Source: Lama guanicoe
Lineage: Eukaryota
Direction: 5' to 3'
Length of the DNA: 64,000 bases
NCBI GenBank assembly: GCA_013239625.1
Contig: MU056277.1
Coordinates: 2,086,076 to 2,150,075, forward strand
Under the pieces are notes generated by a model that saw only the letters and a list, made by a program, of their open reading frames with translations, searched no databases and was not told the DNA's origin. Shown here in pieces: positions 22,701-34,700 of this stretch. Each line of letters starts with the position of its first letter. Within the stretch, counting starts at the first letter, position 1. A program made the translations under genes and the position numbers.

Positions 22701-25700
22701 TGAGACGTGGAAGCCACACCTGCTCCTTCCGTCAGCGGAGATGTTGACACCTGGGAAGGTGACATCGCGGAACGCGGGGACTGGGCATGGGGTCTGTGGC
22801 TGTAGACGTGCTGCTGGGGGCTCGGCCACAGCCGGGAGAGGGGGTGCGCTGCTGCATGCGCTGCTCCGGGGCCGGCTCACCGGCGCCCCTGAAGCCCCAA
22901 AGGGGGCGCGTCTGGAGTGGGGCGGCCATGGTGTACTTTGAAGGGTGTGTATCGGACCCCAGAAGGGCGTCGAGTTCTTCCTGCTCCGCCCACCCATCCT
23001 CCTCCGACTCAGCGCATCCTCCCGCAGAGGCCGCCCCTTCACCCTGAGGCGGAATCCCCAGTGGCGCCCTCCCCTGGACCCTGTCCTGACGCCTTGGGGG
23101 TGCGTCTCCAGCAGGAGAGGCGGCGAGGAGCCCCGCCCGGCCTGCAGGAAACACAAACTGCAGCATCACAGCTCCTGCCTAACTGGGCACCAGGGCTGGT
23201 CTCAGAGGAGGAGGGGCCCCAAGGGGGGGGTGCTGGGCGAGGGCAAAACGGCCCAGCTTGGAAGGCCTGCTGTGGGCTGCCGCCCTGCTCAGGGGTCTGC
23301 TTTTTCCTGGGGACTTAAGCTGGTGGCCGTGTGTTAAGTGGCACCATCCACTCATCAGCCAGACCCCCTCAAACACAGGGTGGGCGCCCAGGACAAAGGC
23401 AGAGCATCTGAGACCAGGACCAAGCCTCAGGCCCTCGGTGGACGGTGGACGTTCGGCCCGTGGGAGGAGCAGTGGGTGCCTGGCACCCAGGCTGGTTCAT
23501 GCTCTGGCTCCTGCAGGTTTCCCAGCCCTGTTTCCCGCTTGCCCAGCCTCTGGGGGTTGCCGAGTGCCCCTCCTTAGATCGCGGACACAGGTAAGGGACT
23601 CCCCAGGCCGCGTGCAAGGAGGGTCCCGGGTTTGCTGCGGCCCCTCTGAGTCGGGAGGGGCCCAGCTTCTGCTCTGCAGTTGATCGGAGCTCTTCTCCAC
23701 AGTCCAAGCCTCCCCCAAGTTAGAATGACCCCAGCGTCTTGCAGAGCCACCTGGGGCTCATGACGCCCTGCCCCTCCCTTCTTTGTGCGGCTGGACCTGC
23801 AGTCACCCTGTTGCTGCTGTGTGGCCTCAGGCAGGTTACTCGGCCTCTCTGTGCCGTAGTTTGCTCTTCCAGAGAATGGAATAATCACGTTCCCACCTTT
23901 TGGCCTGTTGTGACAACTTAACGCGTTAATACATAAAGCATACTTGGCAATAGTCGTGCTGCAACTGCTGTTTCTACCACAGACGGAAGATTTTCCGTGT
24001 GAACCTGTTGAAAAGTGACGCGGTCACCCAGACAGCCTGCAGGTTGGAGACGGTGTTTCACCCCCTGCGCGGCCCGCTGCGCTAGTGGGTTGCGGCGAGA
24101 CGCTCAGGACGGACTTGCTTCCTCGACTGAGACCTCGGGGGCTTGTTGCTTCCACTTGAAGCTGTGCCTTTGGCTCCGCAGGCACTTTCGTTGGGGTTTC
24201 GCTTAAGGCTCTTCCTTTGCTTTGACGAGGACCAGCCAGAGCGGCCTTGTGCTCGGGGAAGTACGTCACCTGCGGCGTGGCTTCTGCCGGAGCCCGGAGA
24301 CGCTGTGCACACCCTTCCCCCACGCCACACCGCGACCGGTCGTGTCTGGGAGGTGGTCTCAGAGCCTCCAAGACGAGGTTTTCCGTGGTGCTTCCCGAGT
24401 TTGTCTGACAGTGGGGCCCTTCTCTCCTTGGCCGAGGAGGGGGCTCTGCCAGAGGTGCAGAGAAGTGCGGTTCTGGAGTCAGACCCCAGAGCACCCCGCA
24501 GGGGAGCGGGGGCCCCCAGGGAAACGCGCCGGCCATGCTGGCGTGGGCCCGGTGGGCTGCGAGCACTGCTTACGTGCACCGCCCAGGCAGGCCTGCCATC
24601 TCCGCCTGCTTGCCGAGTTGCCTGGAGCCTGTGCTAAGGAGGATTCTGAGGCTCACTGGGGCTTCTGCCGTCAGCAACGAGGCAGGTGTCCTCTAAGGCA
24701 GGTGTCTCCGCGCCCTGCTTCACCCTGGACCTGGCAGAGGGATGCACTTAACAGGATTCCTAAAGCTGTTTTTAAGAAGTTGTTTCCAGCTCAGAAACCA
24801 TCAGGTGTGCGGTGTGCACATGTACAAGCTGGGGTGTGAAGTGTGCTAGAAGCTTCGTGTCCAGAGCCCCGTGCGGTGCCTGGCCTGGTGTGGGTGTGGA
24901 CGGTGGGCCCCAAGGCCGGATGCTGACCTCTTCTCTGACCTCGGTAAAATGGGTGTTGGTGAACGGGCTGATGGAAACCGTCCTCCTGGTGTCCCCGAGG
25001 GAGCCCTGGTCCTCTGCCGTCCGCCACGCTGGAGGATTCGTCCGCATCAGCGTCCCCCAGGCGGGCGGCCCTGGGAGCTCTGCGCCCGTCTGAGATTACC
25101 TGAGAGGGCATGGCTGGCAGGGCCGGACGGGGTGGAGACCCCAGCGTGTCCAGGCGAGGGTTCTGTGTCCGTTCTGCATCCGGAGACCCCCCGCAGCCTG
25201 AGCTGCAGACACGCAGGCGGTGGGCTGCAGTCTGGGAGGTGCAGGCCTGGGGGCTCCCGGTCTCGCCTGCACAGGGAGCGCCCGCTGCCGCCCCTGGGCT
25301 CCCCGTAGTTCTGCTCAGCTCTGTCCCAGCGCCCACGCGGGAGGCTCCCACGGCTCAGCTCCGGCGTCCGGCTCCCCAAGCTCGGGCTGTGTGGCCGGTG
25401 CTTCCCCGAGGACGAGTTCTGTCGAGGGTCTTTTATACCAAGACTTTTGTTTTAAAATTTGCGGGGATTCATTTTCTGAAATTAGGAAACCAGGGAGAAC
25501 ATTAGTGAACTGCGTGAGCGACGTGTCGTATGTGACGTGAAATGTCTGTGCTCAACCCGGAGCCCAGACTCACTGAAAACGCCCAGGATGGGCTGTGAGT
25601 GAGAAGCCAGCCCAGTCAGTGCAGATGTGCGCGGAGCCCCCCGCAGGTCACGCACAGCCCCGGGGCGTCTCCCCTGCGCTGCCCGGCGCTCGGGGAGCTG

Positions 25701-28700
25701 CGCGTCCCAGCTGACCGAGGCTCAGAACGGAGCCTGTTCGGACCCCTCCGCCCCGCCCCGGGTTGGAGACACCTTTTTGTGGCTGTTCGTCCTCACACGC
25801 TCTGCCCTGGCTTGGGGATTCCTGGGAGGGGCCCCGGTGGAATAGGAATCCCGCCCAAGTGAGTGGGTGAAGTACCCCATGGGCTCTCCACCCTGGAGTC
25901 CGAAAGGGCATCAGTGTTGTTTATTGAGTGAAAATAAACCAAAGTGCTGGGTGTGGACTTCCAGCCATACGGAAACAGGAAGGGAATCATCTCGTGATGG
26001 ACCTGGTGGGCTTTGGGGCCAGGGCCTCTCACCAGCTGCCCCCCTTCGTAGGACCCTTCTCGGGCTCCTGTCTCCCTCCGGCGAGCTCCAAGGTCACCAG
26101 CAAGGCAGGGACCAGCCTCCGAACCCGAATCCCAGGCTCCTGCTGGTGCTCGGGGCTCCCTGAGCCCGGCCTTTACCGCCGGTACGCGGACTTCCAGGGT
26201 CCTGCGCGCTCTGCGTGTGTTCTTTGTCTGAGGCGGTGCCGGCCGGCCAGGATGAGGCTCAGAGGCCCTGCACGTGGGCAGGATGGGCCGGACGCTGCCT
26301 GCCCTGCATTACGGAATCCTCGTCCCGAGTAAAGCACACCCACGAGTCAGTTTGCGAGAGGGCATTTGCCGCCAGGCCCGACTGTGTGAGGACGAAGAGG
26401 TGTGAAGCTAAAAGTGGCGCCCCCCCGCCCCGGATCTCAGGTTGCTGCCCAGACGAGGCAGGACTCAGGGTTTCTTCCCTTTTGTCCTCGGGGGAACTGA
26501 GCCGGGTCCCAGAACAGCTGAGACGTCATCCCACTGACCTCACTGGAGAGCGGGGGTCTGCCCCTGCGGTGCTCCAGACAGAGCGGCCTTTCAGATGGGC
26601 TCCCAGCGCCGGCGCGGGGGGCAGGTCAGCCTGTGACCCTGCAGGGCACAGACGGAAGGGCTGTCCTCTCCCCCGCGCCCCCCCGATCGGAGACCTTCCT
26701 AACCTCCCCAGCTCGCAGCGACCCTCTAATGGGATAATTGCCCGGAGTCTCCGTTTACGTCTAGGCCGCAGGAATGTTCGGAGCGGGCGGTTGTCTGCGG
26801 GGCACTGTGCTCACACAGAGCGCTTCTGTGCAGGGGCCGGGCCTGCCTGACCCTCACGCCGAGCAGGCGGGTGGGGCAACCCCACTTCCCGTCCGGACCC
26901 CTGTCGGAGGAGCGGCCGGACGCGCACACGGCACAGGTCAGGTCCCCCACTTCCTCCTCAGCCAGCGGACACCGGTGGCTCAAATGCAGGATTAAATGGA
27001 GTGGACGGGGACCTTGGAAAACAGCACAGCACCAAGTGCAAACCTGCCCTGCCGTGGACCAGGAGCAAAGCCCGCGAGTCTGATGCGGCGGCTGCGCCCG
27101 CAGGGGCCGCATGACAAACAGCAGCACTCCCGGTGCTCAGGGGCTGTCCTCACTGTTCTCAGCTCAGGGAGGGGCGGCCAGTGGGAAAAGTGATGAATTT
27201 TGGACAGTCCACTTGTAGGAATGCGTTCCATGCGCAGAGCAGCCCTATTTTACAATTTGATCTAAGGCACAATATGGGTTGAGTTCTGCCCCAGAAAACC
27301 CACGGGTGTTGGGTTCCAGGGCTCGGCTGCCGGTGGATGCACGGCGGTGGTCAGCAGTTGGTACCCACAGAACCAGCAACACAGAGATTCCAAAACCAGC
27401 CTGTGTGCGCACCAGGACGAAGTTTGCTGGATTCTAATGGATGCTCTGGAGGGTCACCCTTTGCATCACTCATCGAACACGAGTTGTTTGAGCTCCTGCC
27501 CAGGGTTGGGACGGCTGTGGGGGGACGTGGGCCCCGTGGGGATGCAGGATGCGCTGAGTCCCCTGCCAGTCTGGGAGGCGGAGGAGGGCCTCCCTGAGGA
27601 TGCAGCATCTCGGCTGGGAATTGAGAGCAGACCCGCAAACTGAGATGGGAAGAGCGTCACTGAGGGTCAGCCTGTGCAAAGGCCCTGAGGTGGCCAGGGC
27701 CTCGGCCCATCGGGGAGCTCGAAGAGTGTGAGGACACCTGCCGCCCCGAGAGGAGGGTGGGTAAGGAGACTACATGGACATCCCTCTGTGGAAGAAAATC
27801 CCATGGACAGTGGCACAGCTGGTCAGACTGTCACCCTGTCACAGAAAGCGCAGAGACAGTCAGTTGTATCAGCTCTGTCCCCAGGATGTGGGAAAGCCGT
27901 CTGCCATCCGGGAGAGAAGACAGCTGTGATGTCCGCAGTGAGCCTGGGGACATGGGAGTGTGCTCGTGACAGGACGAGCCACCGGAAGTCCCTGCCACTC
28001 GGAGCCACCAGAATCAGGTCTGAGAATCTCTGCAGATAGGCCATCAGCGGCCCTGAGACGCGTGGTCTCCTCTCCCCACGAGCTGGTGGGCCTGGACGGC
28101 GGGAGGCCCTGCATCCACGCTCGTCACTGACGCTGGGTCCACACTCGCCGGGGGCTTGCCGGCCCACAATGTGCATGCTGTTGTCCACTGCCCTGGGCAT
28201 CTCCTCTCCAGACTTGAGGGCAACCCTGCTGCCCAGGGGTCCACGTCCAGGACACACGCATCCCAGGCTGGCAGAGGCTAGATTTGAGGAGGGGGCCCAG
28301 GTTCCACGGTCGACAGTGTGGTCATTCCCTGTGCTGAGAAAAGGAAAAGGCACCATCAAATCTCCAAGCACCGGCCACGTCCGCTGCCCCGACACACATC
28401 CACACGAATGAAGCGTGGACACCGAAAACCACCGCGTCCGGAATTTGAAATAGCTCAAGTTCCCTTGGAGCGATTGTTTCCAACCCTGTTTTTCTCTCCC
28501 CTAGAAAGAGAAAGGCATGGCTGAGACATTTGCCACGCCCAGGAGGTGGCAGAGTCCTGGCGTCTGAGTTGGAGGCGCATGTGCTGCCGTTGTCCCGGAC
28601 CCAGCACCCGCTGCCGCTCTGTCTGGGCGGCAGGCCCAGGGGCACCAACCCAGTCACTTCCTTGTCAGCACCAGGCGAGTCCAAGGGCAGCCGGCCATGT

Positions 28701-31700
28701 GGTCAGCAGTTCCAGAAAAGATCGCCAGGGCCTGGGGGCCTGCCTGTGTGTTCCCTGTGTCACCTCTTTGCTTGTCTGCAAGACCAGGAGGGCCGGGTTT
28801 CCAACTGCCTCCACCGAGCCCCGGGGTCAGAGGTCTCTGGGACCTCAGTCTCCCGGCTGTTGGAGGCCAGGGTCTGAAGAGGGGCGGGGAAGGAGAGCTG
28901 ACTTTCCAGCTGTTGGCAAGTCATCACCACCATCACGAATCTCTTTAGGGAACTGTGTTCATGTTCAAGGTTGCAAACGTCCCTGGTCCGGGCCGTACAC
29001 CACGTGTGGTCAGCCGGGCATCAACTTAGAGACGCAGGGTCCCTGCAGCACGTGGAGCAGGCCCAGCTCCGTGGCCCACCCGCCAGTGCCCTGGCACCTC
29101 GTGCTCGACAGGGACACACGTCCCCTCGGCGTCGAGGTTCCCCTGGGAGTCACGCTGAGCCCTCCTGCTTCTAGTCAGTGCCTCCAGGCTGTGGCTGGAA
29201 GTACTGCCCGGTCACTCCCAGGCCCCAATCCAGAACCTGCGCCCGGTCAGTGCTGCGTCAGGACTGGGCTCAGCACCCTCCTCGGGGTCAGTGCCGGGCA
29301 GTGGGGAGGCATGAGTGTTGGACCCACTGCAGTGGCCAGGTTGCCCACTGCCAGACAACAGGGGAAGGCCCCAGGGTGGCCCGCCCACTTCTGGGACATG
29401 GGTGGACACTTGCAGACCAAAGGGGTCTGTTCTCCCTCAGTGCAGCTCTCTGACCGCTTGTGTTAGGGGTCGGCCCTCCGGGTGCGGCTGACTTGGGCGA
29501 GGTGCTGGCGCTGCCCCAAGCCCCGCCCCCCTGCCCGGCGCCTCCCCTCTGCTGCCGGGCGCCCCCGCCCCTCCCCCCACCTCCGACACACACGTTTTAA
29601 ACGTCGATGAGTCGCTCAGGACACAGTTTTTTGTGCCCTGAGAAACAAAGGTTTCTGCATGCTGGAAACTGACATTCCTTTTTCCTGACACGTGACCGCG
29701 GGTCCCCTTAGGTGTCTGCTACGGTGCGCGGCCGCGGGGGGCTGGCCCAGACTCGTGGCAGGTGAGGCAGTTTCCTGAGTGACAGCATGTGTCCATCTGC
29801 TCTGCTCTCCCCACAGATGAAATCATGCACCAGGACATCAGCCCGCTCTGCGCTGCGGACATCCAGGACCAGCTGCAGAAGTGCTTCGCTTACCTGTCTG
29901 GTGAGTGCGAAGCCCGGGCCGCGTGGCGGGGAGGGAGGGTCTGCTCCGCCCGGCTGGTGGCTCACCCCTGGCTGCATGGTGGGGGCTGGGGGCCAGCTGT
30001 GGTGCAGCCCGCTTTCCTCTGGACTGACGCCTGTGACGAGGGCGGCTCAGGGCGGCTGGTGGGCACAGGCCAGAGGTCAGTTGGGTCCCAAGGGGGATGC
30101 AGCCCTAGAGCTGCTGAGGCCTCCTGGACGCCAGGGCTCCCTGGGGCAGGCGAGTAGGCACAGCTGCGGCACAGTCAGCCTCCGTGCAGTGTCCGGGGCC
30201 TGGGGTCTGGCTTCTGTGGCTCCGTCCTCTGTGCCCCAGGTGCGGCTGACATGGGCGAGGTGCTGGCACTGCCCAGGAGCCTATGCTGGGGTCACTTTGT
30301 GTCCTGGTCATGATCCACCTGTTGCCCTCCCCTTGGGTCCAGGTCTTGCCGTCCTGTCCTGCCGGCCGAGGTGCACGACCCCAGCCACTGGACAGTGCCA
30401 GCTGCCCAAGTGCAGTGCCCTGGCGTGGTCGCTCCTCCATCGGGCAAGCCTGCCTGCCAGGGCTCCCTGCATGCCCCTTAGGGGTCCGGAGGATGATGGC
30501 CTCTAGCCAGCAGGTCAAGGTCCCTCCTGAGCCCTGAGAGCCGCCCCTGCACCCCGGGGCTCTCCCCACCGTCCCCCAGGAGCAGAACTGTGGTGTTGCT
30601 CTAGGGTTGAAGTGCCTCTCGAGGACCAAAGACTGGGAGCAGGAAGTGGAGACAGCGTCCTGGCCCTCTGGGTGGGGCGGCTGCCACGAGGGGTGCCGGC
30701 CTCACGGAGGAAGGACAGAGCGGGTGTCCTTCCGAGAAATGAGTCTCCCAGTGGGACGGGGTCGTGACCTCCACCTTCCTCCAAGTTGCCACGCCTGCCC
30801 TTGGTGTTACCGTGGTGACTTGTGGTGTCACCACGTGGGAGGAGCCCCAGACACGCCTCCTCTGTTGTTCAGGTGCCGCCCAGGCACTCGGGGAGGGGTT
30901 TTGCGCAAGTAACTGAGGCCCCAGCGAGCGGCTGTGAGCTGGGGGCCTGACGAAGCTCTGGGCCCTCGGAGGCACCGAGGGTTCCAAGGATGAGGGTCTT
31001 GATGTGCCCGAGGTTCCCTGCCACCAGCCGGAGGATGGGGCCGCCTGGAGGGACGTGGACGCCCTGGGGGCTGAGAGCGAACTCAGCCCCACCACCCAGG
31101 GAGCCGGATGTCGGGGCACCGCCGAGCCGGCCGCCCCTTCTGACCCCAGACCGCGAGCTGACGTGGGGTGCTGCTCACGTCGCCTAGTTTGGGAGCCCGT
31201 GACGACGCATCTTGAGCTTGAACGTCCACAGCAAGCTGGGCCGTCCTGGGTGTCACGGACACCCGTCAGCAGAGCCCAGCGGGAGTGGCGCCCACATCGC
31301 TCTCCAGCCCATCCGGTACCCAGACTGTCCACTCCCAGCATGAGGACACTCTGGCCAGTTTTCACAGGGCCCGCTGCCTTCCCAGGCCCAAACGACTGTC
31401 ACCGAGGCCTGGTGGCCCTGTGGGACAGTGGGGTAGATCGCTCCTCGGCCCGGATCTGGGGCAGACGGCTCCCCTGTGTGGCTGTGGCTCCTGTTATGAC
31501 CGCTTCCCAAGCAGGAGCCCTGACGGGGTAGATGCTGGCGCGACTTGCGGCCTCGGGAGCCGCGCGCACCGCGTCTGCCGCCTCCTGTGGGCTGGAGCAG
31601 GCCGCCAGCTCAGACCTGGGTTCAGAGGGACGAGAAACGGACCCTGTCCCCAGAGGAGAATGGTGGCCGTCTCCAGCCACCCAGGACACCAGCTGGCGGG

Positions 31701-34700
31701 CACTTCCCACCTGGCCCCACTGCCTGGCGTCTGTGCTGCTCCCCCAGGCTGGGGGACAGTTCAGACCAAGCTCACAGCCCTGGTCTGCGCTCACCCCTCC
31801 ACGACGGCCTCACTCGGGCGGGGCCGCTCTCCCTTCCCAGACCCCGGGCCGCTGCCCGCTTTGTGTGTGATGTGTGCTGGGTGCACCTTCCCTTGGAAGT
31901 GCCCCCGTCCCGCATGTACCTCCTCCCAGCAGCACCGAAGGGGCGGCTCCCGTGAGGAGGAAGCTGTCCGTCCAGGGTCTCGTGGGGCAGAGGTGCAGGG
32001 TCAGGGGCAGCTGGGGTCGTGTGCGATGTCTAAGTGCCGGGCGCATTGTGGAGGGGCATGGAGACCACGTCCACAACCACAGGAGGGACGCAGGGCGCCA
32101 GCTCTCTGTGCAGTGCGGTCTCCGCTGCGGGAAGTGCAAGAAGAGGGTCTGGGAGGAGCGTGCTGCCCTGCCCTGTGGAGGCGGAACAACAGGTGTTTGT
32201 TTCACTCATCTCACATCTTTCCAGGTCCGACCCTCAACAGCACACAGTTCTCCCCTAATAACAACACGGAGAGGGAGTTACTTGGTGCTCCTGGAAAGTG
32301 ACTGTTCTGCTGAGACCTGGGAGCTTCCCCTCCCGGCCGCCAAGCTAAGTGGCGCCTTTCTCTCTCCCCAGGCGGGCGGGGGCAGGACGGCAGCCCCGTC
32401 ATCACCTTCCCCGACTACCCAGCCTTCGGTGAGGTCCCGGACAAGGAGTTCCAGAATGTCATGACCTACCTCACCAGCATCCCCAGGTGCGTGTTTTGTC
32501 GCAAGCAGAACCAGACCCTGCCCTCCAGAAAGGTGGGGAGCGCTTCTCTGAGCCCACTGGCCACAGCGGGCAGCATGGCATCCTGGAGCCAGGGGGCGAG
32601 GAGTGGACACCAGGCAGCCCCAGTGTCGTCCCTGGTCTCCCTCTCGGAAGTGGTGCGGCTGCAGCTGCCTCGTTAGGGCGCCGCGGACAGCCACGTGGTG
32701 CCCGGGGTGGGGACGGACCGGCCGCAGCGGGAGGCTCTGCCCAGGAGCCGTCAGCTCTCTCCCTCTGGGTTTCAGGGGCTGGTAACAGAGCTCCATGAAT
32801 TAGGCTAATCTGGGAGACTGACCTAAACGGTAGGTCTGACCACCCGACGACGCCCGTCGTACGGGAACTGCTGGTCAGCAGTGGTCGGTCTCCACTAGTC
32901 AGGGCGGGGCCTGCGAGGGGGCATAGGTTCTTGCAGAAACCTGTGGGTGGGGAGGTTAAGCTAGGGGAGCCGTCTGGACGGACTTGGGCAGAGGTCACCT
33001 GGCAGAGAAAGCTGGGGGACGTGCAGCCCAGGGACGGAGGATGTGCGCCTCCGTCTCCATGTTTCTCGGTACCCGACTCGCTGGGCCGGGCTCCGGGCGG
33101 CAGCGCTGAGGTGAGAGGGGTGCTCAGTGTTCTGGGGGCACGTGGCCTTCCTTCAGGGCCCCTTGGGCTGGCCCAGCCCCCTCGAGGGGCTTCATGGGGG
33201 CCCTGTTGTACTGCAAAGCGTCTTTGTTTATTTTTTCCCTGGCCCTTGAAGTCACAGCCAGGAAGGCAGGTGTCACCGCTGGTCAAGGACGAAGCCCTAG
33301 GCCCCGGGGGACATCGCTGAAGTAGGATCAGGGGTCTGGAGAGGGACATGAAGAGGGGGCTCCCCCATGGAGTGTCACCGCAGGGTGTCCTTGGGGTGGG
33401 GATGGTGGGTCCAGCTCTTGGCAAGCCCAGCAATGGGATGCAGAAAAGCCGCACGGCCCCTGGGGTGGGGACACCTGGGTCAGACCAGCAAGAGGAAGGA
33501 GCTGCTCTCAGCACTGGTTTGGGGAGTCTGGTGATTTCACAAGAAGATGGGGTGTCTGTTGGCAGCTGACTGTGGGTGCCTGGGCAGCCGCACTGGTCCT
33601 CTGCAGGGCGGGCCTCTGGCCAGCTCCCCATGCTCCCTTCTGTAACGTCTCCCCGGGCATCCCTCGTCCCTCTGCAGCCCTCCTCCCACCGTGGCTGTCC
33701 TGCCCCCCAACTTCTCCCGCGGCACAGGCCTGTCCCAAGCCAGGCAGAGGAGCTCCCAGCTAGGACCTGTGTGGGCGCTGTCCACGGTCTGAGGCTGTGG
33801 TCTCGGTCCTACCCCTGTGGGCTGTGAGCGGGGCGGCCCTGCCCATCCTCACAGCAGAACACTGCGTGGAGCCCCTCGACCACCTGCTCCTCTTTCCTGA
33901 CCCATAAGTGGGTAGAATCAGAGAACTCAGAAGCAGAGAATGTGCAGGCCAGAGGGCTCCGCGCTTGCAGAGAGGTCTGGACTGTCCCGTGGCCTCCTCA
34001 CTGCCCACCTCCTTTCTCTGTCCCTATGATCCAAAGTCGTGCAGATTAAAACTCACCTCGAACCAGCTCTGTAGCTGGAGTCGTGGTTCCCCAGCCCCGG
34101 CCGAGGTGCTGGCTGGCCCGGACTCAGTGTCCAGAGGGTGGCCTTGCTATGGTGACCACTCGGTGTCAGCTAAACAACAGGCCGTGGCCGGGGGGTGGTG
34201 AGTGGTCTCCCACTGCCCACCTGGAACAGTTCAGCACGGTGAACCCTCACCTGCCTGTGCATGGAAACACGGGGTTTCAGGTCACTCTTAGTTTTGGAAA
34301 GGTCAAAGAGTCATTTTCTACCCAGCAGACCCAACACCCATCTCAGAGGCCGGCCTTTTCCCAGGCACTACAGGCCAATCTTAGACCTTACCCTCCCCTG
34401 GGTCACCACCTTTGCTGCACCTGCTGGTCCTCAGGCCTCCTGGCCTCAGGGCCTTTGCACTTGCTTCCTCCGCCCAGGGCACTGGAGACGGCTCCTTCCC
34501 AGGCTGCAGGCCACCTCCTTTGGGATGCCCTCTGTCCTGCACACCTAGGAAAGAAGCCGGCTTCACGAGGCTCACCTGGAGTGTCACCTGTAACCTGACA
34601 GCCCGGTGCCGGTCTCTGTCTCCCCTGCACAGGGGCCCCGAGAGCAGCACGTGGCTCCTCCGCAAACATGTGCTGGCAGGTGGGCTTCACCTGCAGAGAG

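Noticed and set aside
32225-32284. Possible 60-nt in-frame cassette exon (catctttccag| to TTG|gtgctc)
   Set aside because: The acceptor is plausible but the donor is very weak, and read-through meets TGA at 32299-32301. Support is insufficient.
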